This document shows, piece after piece, positions 12,001-22,066 of a stretch of 64,000 bases of DNA (positions are counted from its first letter, which is position 1; every line of letters starts with the position of its first letter). The DNA is from Macrostomum lignano (taxonomy: Eukaryota). The stretch spans positions 248,001 through 312,000 of the forward strand of contig NIVC01000142.1 in the NCBI GenBank assembly GCA_002269645.1. The letters run 5' to 3'. Made by a program: the position numbers and the translations under genes. Under the pieces are notes generated by a model, which was not told the origin of the DNA, searched no databases, and was given only the letters and a program-made list of their open reading frames with translations.

Positions 12001-15000
12001 ACTCTTTAGAGAGTTGAAATCCATTAGAATCACTCTTTAGAGAATTGAAATCCATGAGAATCACTCTTTAGAGAATTGAAATCCATGAGAATCACTCTTT
12101 AGAGAGTTGAAATCCATGAGAATCACTCTTTAGAGAGTTGAAATCCATGAGAATCACTCTTTAAAGAGTTGAAATCCATGAGAATCACTCTTTAGAGAGT
12201 TGAAATCCATGAGAATCACTCTTTAGAGAGTTGAAATCCATGAGAATCACTCTTTAGAGAATTGAAATCCATGAGAATCACTCTTTAGAGAGTTGAAATC
12301 CATGAGAATCACTCTTTAGAGAGTTTAAATCCATGAGAATCACTCTTTAGAGAGTTGAAATCCATGAGAATCACTCTTTAGAGAGTTGAAATCCATGAGA
12401 ATCACTCTTTAGAGAGTTGAAATCCATTAGAATCACTCTTTAGAGAATTGAAATCCATGAGAATCACTCTTTAGAGAATTGAAATCCATGAGAATCACTC
12501 TTTAGAGAGTTGAAATCCATGAGAATCACTCTTTAGAGAGTTGAAATCCATGAGAATCACTCTTTAAAGAGTTGAAATCCATGAGAATCACTCTTTAGAG
12601 AGTTGAAATCCATGAGAATCACTCTTTAGAGAGTTGAAATCCATGAGAATCACTCTTTAGAGAATTGAAATCCATGAGAATCACTCTTTAGAGAGTTGAA
12701 ATCCATGAGAATCACTCTTTAGAGAGTTGAAATCCATGAGAATCACTCTTTAGAGAGTTGAAATCCATGAGAATCACTCATTAGAGAGTTGAAATCCATG
12801 AGAATCACTCTTTAGAGAGTTGAAATCCATGAGAATCACTCTTTAGGGAATTGAAATCCATGAGAATCACTCTTTAGACAGTTGAATTCCATGAGAATCA
12901 CTCTATGAGAATCAATCTCTGATAATAACTTTGAAGAATCACTCTGGAGAATCACTCTGGAGAATCATTCTGGAGAATCACTCTGAAGAATAATTTTATG
13001 AGAATCACTCTGGACAATCACTCTATGAGAATCACTCTGGAGAATCACTCTGAAGAATCATTCTGGAGAATCACTCTGGAGAATCATTCTGAAGAATCCC
13101 TCTATGAGAATCACTCTGGAGAATCAATCACTCTGGAGAATCACTCTCTGGAGAATCACTCTGGAGAATCACTCTGAAGAATCATTCTGGAGAATCACCC
13201 TGAAGAATCATTCTGGAGAATCACTCTGGAGAATCACTATGAGAATCACTCTGGAGAATCATTCTGGAGAATCAATCACTCTGGAGAATCACTCTCTGGA
13301 GAATCACTCTGGAGAATCACTATGAGAATCACTCTGGAGAATCATTCTGGAGAATCACTATGAGAATCACTCTGGAGAATCAATCACTCTGGAGAATCAC
13401 TCTGGAGAATCACTCTGGAGAATCACTCTGGAGAATCACTCTGGAGAATCACTCTGGAGAATCACTCTGGAGAATCACTCTGGAGAATCATTCTATGAGA
13501 ATCACTCTGGAGAATCACTCTGGAGAATCATTCTATGAGAATCACTCTGGAGAATCACTCTGGAGAATCATTCTATGAGAATCACTCTGAAGAATCACTC
13601 TGGAGAATCATTCTATGAGAATCACTCTGGAGAATCACTCTGAAGAATCACTCTGGAGAATCACTCGCTAATAATCACTCTGGAGAATCATTCTATGAGA
13701 ATCACTCTGGAGAATCACTCTGGAGAATCATTCTATGAGAATCACTCTGGAGAACCACTCTGAAGAATCACTCTGGAGAATCACTCGCTAATAATCACTC
13801 TGGAGAATCATTCTATGAAAATCACTCTGGAGAATCACTCTGGAGAATCACTCTGGAGAATCACTCTGAAGAATCACTCTGGAGAATCACTCTGTAATAA
13901 TCACTCTAGAGAATCATTCTGGAGAATCATTCTGTAGAATCACTCTGGAGAATCACTCTGAGAATCACTCTCTGAGAATGAGACTTTAAAAAGTATGTCT
14001 AAAGAACTCATCTGGCACAACAGGGGGGGGGGGGCACACGCGTCACTTGTCGGAAAAATGAATATGCTCGCATTAGACCCAATATAAGATCCGAGCTCGG
14101 GAAGTCATCGAGTCGCCAGGGGCCGAGTCGGGAGTCCCAGCGGTTGGCCAGCTTGAGCAGCTCTGACGATCTTTCCCCATGGGATCGGCGGCCGTGAGGA
14201 GCCGGAGTGGTCCCCTGGCCGCTGTTCCCCATTTCTCCCCCTAATTCCTTTGCCTTCTCTCCCTCTTTCTTTCGAATGCTTCGCCTTTAACAGGACGCCG
14301 CACCGACCCCGGGGAGAAGGCTGGACAGCGGCTTCATCGCTGCTTTGAATAATTGCAATTTGGCCCCGGCTGAGAAGGCTGGCACAGCAGCAGATGCTAG
14401 CGAAAATATGAGGAGAGCCATTTTTCTCAGCGATGTAGAGGAAGGGGCGACTCTCGTGTCTCCATTTTTTTCTTTCCCTTGCTTCCTTCGGGAAATTTAG
14501 GCGACCAAAAATCGACTCGACAAATTTTGAGTCACGTGATTCGCTAGGGACAGGAGACTCAGTAATTTGGCAACGGATCACTTCGGCGTCAGTTTATTTA
14601 TTGCTTCCAAGCCAGGTTGACCGAGCCAAAATTTATGATCTTAAAGTGACTTCCTAGTTGAAGAAGAGAGATTATTCTAACACCCGGAATCACTCTAGTC
14701 ATACCCGGGATCCTTTAGAACCCCTCTAGGGAAACCCCTCTGGGGAAACCCCTCTGGGGAAACCCCTCTGGGGAAACCCCTCTGGGGAAACCCCTCTGGG
14801 GAAACCCCTCTGGGGAAACCCCTCTGGGGAAACCCCTCTGGGGAAACCCCTCTGGGGAAACCCCTCTGGGGAAACCCCTCTGGGGAAACCCCTCTGGGGA
14901 AACCCCTCTGGGGAAACCCCTCTGGGGAAACCCCTCTGGGGAAACCCCTCTGGGGAAACCCCTCTGGGGAAACCCTCTGGGGAAACCCCTCTGGGGAAAC

Positions 15001-16084
15001 CCCTCTGGGGAAACCCCTCTGGGGAAACCCCTCTGGGGAAACCCCTCTGGGGAAACCCCTCTGGGGAAACCCCTCTGGGGAAACCCCTCTGGGGAAACCC
15101 CTCTGGGGAAACCCCTCTGGGGAAACCCCTCTGGGGAAACCCCTCTGGGGAAACCCCTCTGGGGAAACCCCTCTGGGGAAACCCCTCTGGGGAAACCCCT
15201 CTGGGGAAACCCCTCTGGGGAAACCCCTCTGGGGAAACCCCTCTGGGGAAACCCCTCTGGGGAAACCCCTCTGGGGAAACCCCTCTGGGGAAACCCCTCT
15301 GGGGAAACCCCTCTGGGGAAATCCCTCTGGGTAAACCCCTCTGGGGAAACCCCTCTGGGGAAACCCCTCTGGGGAAACCCCTCTGGGGAAACCCCTCTGG
15401 GGAAACCCCTCTGGGGAAACCCCTCTGGGGAAACCCCTCTGGGGAAACCCCTCTGGGGAAACCCCTCTGGGGAAACCCCTCTGGGGAAACCCCTCTGGGG
15501 AAACCCCTCTGGGGAAACCCCTCTGGGGAAACCCCTCTGGGGAAACCCCTCTGGGGAAACCCCTCTGGGGAAACCCCTCTGGGGAAACCCCTCTGGGGAA
15601 ACCCCTCTGGGGAAACCCCTCTGGGGAAACCTTGAAAATGTAGCAGAAATGACTCACCGTAGACGAACAGGTAGATGGTGCACTGATCCTTGGCCTCGCC
15701 GGGATCCTCAACGCGAAACTTCACGTAACACCGGTAGACGCCCTGGTCGCTGACTCGCACATCCTTCAGCTTCAGGCTGGCCTCCGAATACACCGATAGG
15801 CGGCCAACAAACTCGGTGGCAAGCGTGGGCTCGAAGGACTCAAACCTGTCGAACACGGCCTGCTGCAAGCCGTCACGGCGCCACTGCACCTGGTGCGGCA
15901 CCAGCACGTTGGCGTTCGCCGGGTAGCGGAGCTGGCATTCGAACAACACGTCGCTACCAACGGCCACCTCCTTGGCAATCTGGCGCCGAGTCCGCGACAG
16001 CAGCGGCTGCATGGCGTGGCCCAGCCGACCGGCTTGTAGAAGCAGCAGCAGCGACAGCAGGAGCAGCAAGCCACCCGGAGCCAT
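1..16084 (-). CDS. tutl: Turtle/IGSF9-like immunoglobulin superfamily receptor (signal peptide, 5 Ig, FN3...), 3'-partial
   Basis: Exons 16084-15658 (signal peptide MAPGGLLLLLSLLLLLQAG + V-type Ig, D.G.Y.C), 3601-3296 (Ig2; not in the ORF track, translated by hand: RPKILTQLP...GLFECQASNKFG), 3030-2482 (Ig3+Ig4) and 463-1 (Ig5 ...DSGRYQCLVNN then FN3 ...LSWMPGYDGG...WYK). All junctions are GT-AG, phase 1 and in frame. The Ig5-FN3 order and the style of Ig1 match the Turtle/IGSF9 family. Confidence 0.85.
481..2489. repeat. 23-bp minisatellite (CTGCACCGTCACTGTGACTCACT), ~87 copies, filling tutl intron 3
   Basis: Directly visible; minor variants (GGTAC, TGAAC, CTCCC) recur. Confidence 0.98.
3140..3288. 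repeat. 24-bp tandem repeat (TTAGATTTTAGCGCCACATCATCC), ~5-6 copies, tutl intron 2
   Basis: Directly visible. Confidence 0.9.
3620..4262. repeat. Degenerate 10-11-bp repeat (GTACTGGG[A/G]AT)
   Basis: Directly visible; source of the spurious MYWECTG ORFs. Confidence 0.95.
4390..4526. repeat. Dispersed repeat, copy 1 (homologous to 61968-62107)
   Basis: Shared CTCACACAGGGTGTACAGC...CAGGCATGTACA.TGTCTGTGCCTT...GGTGTGAATCGCCC...CCAAATGAATGCG in the same orientation. Confidence 0.75.
4965..5630. repeat. ~30-bp minisatellite (GACAGAGTGACAGAATGAGGGACAGTCACT-like)
   Basis: Directly visible, degenerate. Confidence 0.92.
6708..7680. repeat. 30-bp minisatellite (GTACATTCTAAATGGAACAGCAGGTGGG[A/G]T), ~32 copies
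   Basis: Directly visible. Confidence 0.97.
8305..8540. repeat. 52-bp tandem repeat, ~4 copies
   Basis: TCGTGAGGTGGATGCAATGTACATTACCGGGGAAGAGAGTAAATCGATATTA repeated. Confidence 0.9.
9190..9945. repeat. 14-bp minisatellite (GGGAAATCCTGTCT), ~54 copies
   Basis: Directly visible; degenerate at the left end, homogeneous at the right. Confidence 0.97.
10365..10782. repeat. 21-bp minisatellite (GTCTCTTAGGTGGCCGCCCCT), ~19 copies
   Basis: Directly visible. Preceded at 10263 by CAGTGGCGTACGCAG, which resembles a MITE terminus, but no partner TIR was found. Confidence 0.93.
11525..13980. repeat. Compound array: 31-bp unit (GAGAATCACTCTTTAGAGAGTTGAAATCCAT, ~44 copies, to ~12900) grading into a degenerate 13-bp unit (TCTGGAGAATCAC)
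   Basis: Directly visible; both units share the core GAGAATCACTCT. Confidence 0.96.
14719..15631. repeat. 14-bp minisatellite (GGGGAAACCCCTCT), ~65 copies, starting ~27 nt inside tutl intron 1
   Basis: Directly visible. Confidence 0.98.
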
Positions 16085-16619
16085 TATTCGCCCAATCGCT
16101 ACCTTACTACTGTAGCGGCTTTGTCCGCGAACTCTAAGCCGGAGACTGATCGGATTTATTAGCAGGCGGATTAGTCAAACAAACTGCATATCGCAGCCCA
16201 GCCTCCGGCGCAGAGCGGACTCCGAACTCAGCAGCTTTCTACATGTAAGCATCCCGGAGGGTCGGCGGTGTGTCCGGTGCAAACAGGAGGTGCAAAAAAC
16301 ACAGCAGGAGGCCGGGCATTGGACGGGGGTGGACCGGAGCCGGTAGCCCATTGGCCGGTGGCCCTGCTGGAACTTTGAGCTATACAGGATGGCTGGGATT
16401 TTAATCCCTCCGGCCCCTGAAAAGAGCACCGGTGCTTGTTCTGGTCGCTTTCAGTCTTTAATTGTACAAGCGGTGAGCACTGCTCACAAGACAGGAGACA
16501 ATGCTCAGATTGAGTCCTTGCAGTTTTACAACCCCCAACCCCTCGGACACTTTTATAGGGGATTTATTGGGTATTCAGTTTTAAGCGGAAATGCATTAGA
16601 GGAGTGGGGTTGCTGGGAA

Positions 16620-17150
16620 CTTCAGATCCCATAGATGAGGATCTCCCACTGCATCCAAATCCCATAGGTAAGGATCTCCCACTGCATCCAAATCCCATAG
16701 GTAAGGATCTCCCACTGCATCCAAATCATAGGTAAGGATCTCCCACTGCATCCAAATCCCATAGGTAAGGATCTCACACTGCATCCAAATCCCATAAATT
16801 AGGATCTCCAACTGCATCCAAATCCCATAGGTAAGGATCTCACACTGCATCCAAATCCCATAAATTAGGATCTCCAACTGCATCCAAATCCCATAGGTAA
16901 GGATCTCACACTGCATCCAGATCACATAGGTAAGGATCTCCCACTGCATCCAAATCCCATAGGTAAGGATCTCACACTGCATCCAAATCCCATAAATGAG
17001 TATCTCCCACTGCATCCAAATCCCATAGGTAAGGATCTGACACTGCATCCAAATCCCATAAATGAGGATCTCCAACTGCATCCAAATCCCATAGGTAAGG
17101 ATCTCACACTGCATCCAGATCCCATAGATGAGGAGCTGACACTGTCTCCA
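16620..17150. repeat. 33-bp minisatellite (GATCTCCCACTGCATCCAAATCCCATAGGTAAG), ~16 copies
   Basis: Directly visible. Confidence 0.93.
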
Positions 17151-18239
17151 GATTCCAAAGGTACCTTTAAGCTACAAAATTTCCAATAAAGTTGAGGATC
17201 TCTTCGGATAGGTATCCAGACTCCCAGATCCCATAGGAGTCATTCAAGATGAAGTGCTTCAGCATTGCTGGCACCAAATGGGCCAGTTGTAAATAGAAAA
17301 TGGCACAGCCAGCTGTCTCCCATTTCTCAAAACGAGAAGAGCCTCTCACAGGCCAGTTGAAAACCTGAAGAACGGCCTTTAGGATTCATTCAAAGGAAGA
17401 AAAACTCTCAGTTGATGTAAAGGCTTTATTGATGAGGGAGAGTATGAGCGCTAATCCCTATTGTAGAAAAAAACAAGGGAACACGGCAATACGGGGGATA
17501 GCCGGGGCAATTGCTCTGCAACTATCAAGTGCAACATCGCTGCCGAAGTAGAAGCGGGTATTTGTCAAGATGCCAAAAGAATTTCCAGGGCCAAGAATAC
17601 GGAGAGAAGGCCAACTTTGAGATGGAGAGAGCTGGGAGTTGCAGAGAAGAGATGGCGGAGAAGGATAGCGAGAATCTTGAATAATCCAGTTGGACCGGGA
17701 TGGCGGGCGGGGCAATGACAAATCGGTACATACATGAACTATAGGCCCAGCGCTTCTCGATCTATCCTTCTATGCCAGGGGCCTCTGCAAGCAAATTACA
17801 GGCGCACAGAGGGACTAATCTAATGCCGGGGCACTCCTTGCCATCCCTTCTCATCCCCTCATCCAGTCCGCATACAACAACTTGTTTTGAGCACTCAACC
17901 TCGACTGCAGCTCTTCAGCCTAACAAATATATAAAACTTACTTTTTCTATCCTAAGCTGGATAGAATGAGCGAGTGATGGAGGGCGAGAAGGCAGATAGA
18001 AAGAGCTGTCATGTCGAACTGCTGCTGCTGCTTCTGGGGCTTAAGCAGATTTCTTTGATTGAATATTAGTTTGCGCGCTCTAGAGGGCTGCCAGAGGCGC
18101 CAATTCAAATTAATTGGCAGCCGAAGGAAGAGCCGCCAAGCAGATTACGCAGTTTAAGGCTGGGTCAGGCGGCATCTCTGACATATTTTTGACGCAAGAG
18201 CTCTCGGGGCATTGGGGCAGGGTAGCGAATGCCATCCTA

Positions 18240-19156
18240 AATCAGTCTGCAGATTCCTGACTAGATCAGTCTGCAGATTCCTGACTAGATCAGTCTGCAG
18301 ATTCCTGACTAGATCAGCCTGCAGATTCCTGACTAGATCAGCCTGCAGATTCCTGACTAGATCAGTCTGCAGATTCCTGACTAGATCAGCCTGCAGATTC
18401 CTGACTAGATCAGCCTGCAGATTCCTGACTAGATCAGTCTGCAGATTCCTGACTAGATCAGTCTGCAGATTCCTGACTAGATCAGTCTGCAGATTCCTGA
18501 CTAGATCAGTCTGCAGATTCCTGACTAGATCAGTCTGCAGATTCCTGACTAGATCAGTCTGCAGATTCCTGACTAGATCAGTCTGCAGATTCCTGACTAG
18601 ATCAGTCTGCAGATTCCTGACTACATCAGTCTGCAGATTCCTGACTAGATCAGTCTGCAGATTCCTGACTAGATCAGCCTGCAGATTCCTGACTAGATCA
18701 GCCTGCAGATTCCTGACTAGATCAGCCTGCAGATTCCTGACTAGATCAGCCTGCAGATTCCTGACTAGATCAGCCTGCAGATTTCTGACTAGATCAGCCT
18801 GCAGATTCCTGACTAGATCAGCCTGCAGATTCCTGACTAGATCAGCCTGCAGATTCCTGACTAGATCAGCCTGCAGATTCCTGACTAGATCAGCCTGCAG
18901 ATTCATGACTAGATCAGCCTGCAGATTCCTGACTAGATCAGCCTGCAGATTCCTGACTAGATCAGCCTGCAGATTCATGACTAGATCAGCCTGCAGATTC
19001 CTGACTAGATCAGCCTGCAGATTCCTGACTAGATCAGCCTGCAGATTCCTGACTAGATCAGCCTGCAGATTCCTGACTAGATCAGCCTGCAGATTCATGA
19101 CTAGATCAGCCTGCAGATTCCTGACTAGATCAGCCTGCAGATTCCTGACTAGATCA
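18240..19156. repeat. 24-bp minisatellite (AGATCAG[C/T]CTGCAGATTCCTGACT), ~38 copies
   Basis: Directly visible. Confidence 0.97.
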
Positions 19157-19539
19157 TCACCAGAGAATTAAGCACAACACAGCAACTCAACCCGAGTCTA
19201 TGCGCAAGGCCACTATTATAAATAAATCTGTCTGATATATTAATTAGGTTTCTATCTGTGAGTGGGTTGGGGCTGGCGGGCCTCGCATTACTGCCAGAGC
19301 ATAGCGAATGGATTTGGCCAGATGGAGGAGGGCCGGCTGGTGGATCGATTCTGGGCCGGCGGGAGGCGAGCCGCAACCCCCTCCCCCAAGTTAATCGATG
19401 CTAGTGCATCCATTTTATCTGTTTGTATCCCCCCAGCTGGTTCGGTGTGCAGCTAAGGTTTATCTTTATATTATTATTTTTGGATTGCGACACTATCACG
19501 GCTTTACGGCAGTTAAACTGCTACCATTTCAAACTGAGA

Positions 19540-19900
19540 TTGAGAGGAATGGATAGAGGTAGATAGTGGATATAGGGACATAGCAATACAGACAGGTAGA
19601 CAATAGATTGAACAGCTGGAGTGTGGATAGGAGTAGAGTAGATAGAGGCAAATAGAAAGTGGATAAGAGGCCAATATAGTGGATAGTGTAAGATACAGTG
19701 TGGATAGAGGCAGATAGAGGGTGGATAGTGCAAGATACAGTGTGGATAGGGGCAGATAAAGTGGATAGAGGTAGATAGAGAGTGGATAGTGCAAGATACA
19801 GAGTGGATAGGGGCAGATAAAGTGGATAGAGGTAGATAGAGAGTGGATAGTGCAAGATACAGAGTGGATAGGAGCAGATAGACACGTAGTGTAGCGGATA
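19540..19900. repeat. Degenerate purine-rich simple repeat (GATAGA/GTGGATAG) with a higher-order unit
   Basis: Directly visible. Confidence 0.8.
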
Positions 19901-20187
19901 AGGCTAGATTAAAGTACACTAAAAAAGTAGAAAGACATTTCCAATCAACCAGAATTCAGGCTCCTACAACTGACAATTAATAAAAAATGCTGTCAATGAG
20001 CGTTCAATAGATTCGAAAACCGATAGCAAAATGCATTTATTATTAAAAAATTGCAGTGCAATACCCGAATGCTTTTACATGCATATAGATATAAGGCTTT
20101 GAAAAACTGCATTGCACCAAAAACATTTAAAATCATTGTATTGTGCTGCGATGGCTCAACAATGAATGGTGTAATTCTTATCCGCAG

Positions 20188-20545
20188 TGACCCACTATGT
20201 ACCTGGGCCCAGAGCAGTGTGACCCACTCTCTGTACCTGGGCCCAGAGCAGTGTGACCCACTCTGTACCTGGGCCCAGAGCAGTGTGACCCACTCTCTGT
20301 ACCTGGGCCCAGAGCAGTGTGACCCACTCTGTACCTGGGCCCAGAGCAGTGTGACCCACTCTATGTACCTGGGCCCAGAGCAGTGTGACCCACTCTCTGT
20401 ACCTGGGCCCAGAACAGTGTGACCCGCTCTCTGTACCTGGGCCCAGAACAGTGTGACCCACTCTCTGTACCTGGGCCCAGAACAGTGTGACCTGCTCTCT
20501 GTACCTGGACCCAGAGCAGTTTGACCCACTCTCTGTACCTGGACA
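20188..20545. repeat. 32-34-bp minisatellite (GTACCTGGGCCCAGAGCAGTGTGACCCACTCT[CT]), ~10 copies
   Basis: Directly visible. Confidence 0.93.
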
Positions 20546-21109
20546 TGAAATTTATCTTCATACCCTAAAAAGGACTTTGTGGAGCACACAATAGGTGATG
20601 CGTACATTGGTATGAAAATTAATGGTGATAAGGGATGATTAAATATGCGCAAAAAGTGCGAAAGCGTGTTGCAATTTAAATTAGCAGAAAATTAACAATT
20701 AGTAAATAAGTAAAGAGCGCGAGTGCGAAAGTACAAATAAGTTGTTAAACAGTAAGAAAATGATGAAAGCCAATACAGATGAAAGTTTTCTGGAAACAGA
20801 GAGCTTGAAAAAATATGCATTTAAATTACTGACCAACTGGTTATTTGAATATCAGCATAAATGCTTACCATAGCTAGTAGAAAAAGGATTTTAAAAATTT
20901 GAGCAATAAAAATAGATAAACGAATGTCTGGCTAATTAAAACAGTTTAACCAGAGTAATAAATTATGATGAGCGAAGAAATTATCTGTTAGAAAGTTAAA
21001 ATTTTATTACTTTCTTTATTGCTGAACAATATCGATCGCATGAATAAAAACTAAAATGAGTTAAAGCCTTTAACTGGAAGATGCTAATTAAAACTGTACG
21101 TTAATTAAC

Positions 21110-21990
21110 TAAATAAACCCAAAGTGGCAAAGTGGTGCTAATTACACCTGAGCGCTAATTAATTAAATCAACCCAAATCTGCAAAGGTGCTAATTACACC
21201 TGAACGCTAATTAACTAAATAAACCCAAAGCTGCAGAGGTGCTAATTACACCTGAATGCTAATTAACTAAATAAACCCAAAGCTGCAAAGGTGCTAATTA
21301 CACCTGAGCGCTAATTAATTAAATAAACCAAATGCGGCGAAGATGCTAATTACACCTGAACGATAATTAACTAAATAAACCCAAAGCTGCAGAGGTGCTA
21401 ATTACACCTGAATGCTAATTAATTAAATAAACCCAAAGCTGCAGAGGTGCTAATTACACCTGAATGCTAATCAATTAAATAAACCCAAAGCTGCAGAGGT
21501 GCTAATTACACCTGAGCGCTAATCAATTAAATAGACCCAAAGCTGCAGAGGTGCTAATTACACCTGAGCGCTTATTAATTAAATAAACCCAAAGCGGCAG
21601 AGGTGCTAATTACACCTGAGCGCTTATTAATTAAATAAACCCAAAGCTGCAGAGGTGCTAATTACACCTGAACGCTAATTAACTAAATAAACCCAAAGCT
21701 GCAGAGGTGCTAATTACACCTGAACGCTAATTAATTAAATAAACCCAAAGCTTCAGAGGTGCTAATTACACCTGAATGCTAATTAATTAAAAAAACCCAA
21801 AGCTGCAGAGGTGCTAATTACACCTGAACGCCAATTAACTAAATAAACCCAAAGCTGCAGAGGTGCTAATTACACCTGAATGCTAATTAATTAAATAAAC
21901 CCAAAGCTGCAGAGGTGCTAATTACACCTGAACGCTAATTAATTAAATAAACCCAAAACGGCAAATTAGCAAATGTGCTAATTACAGCTG
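21110..21990. repeat. 52-bp minisatellite (GCTAATTACACCTGAACGCTAATTAACTAAATAAACCCAAAGCTGCAGAGGT), ~16 copies, just 3' of CDC6
   Basis: Directly visible. Confidence 0.94.
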
Positions 21991-22066
21991 CGGGATAAGC
22001 ACACTCAAAGCTGAATTAGGTCAGGTGTTAATTGCCGCTGTTTTACGCCATACAAAATTAATTTAA

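Noticed and set aside
16430-17450. Coding-like sequence flanking the 33-bp array
   Set aside because: Stops and frameshifts occur in all frames and no family could be recognised; at most a decayed TE.
3656-20652. Long ORFs such as 6696-7703, 6769-7737, 9168-10019, 14695-15711, 18154-19098, 18212-19171 and the MYWECTG ORFs
   Set aside because: They are translations of stop-free minisatellite units, often open in several frames and on both strands, with no unique coding flanks.
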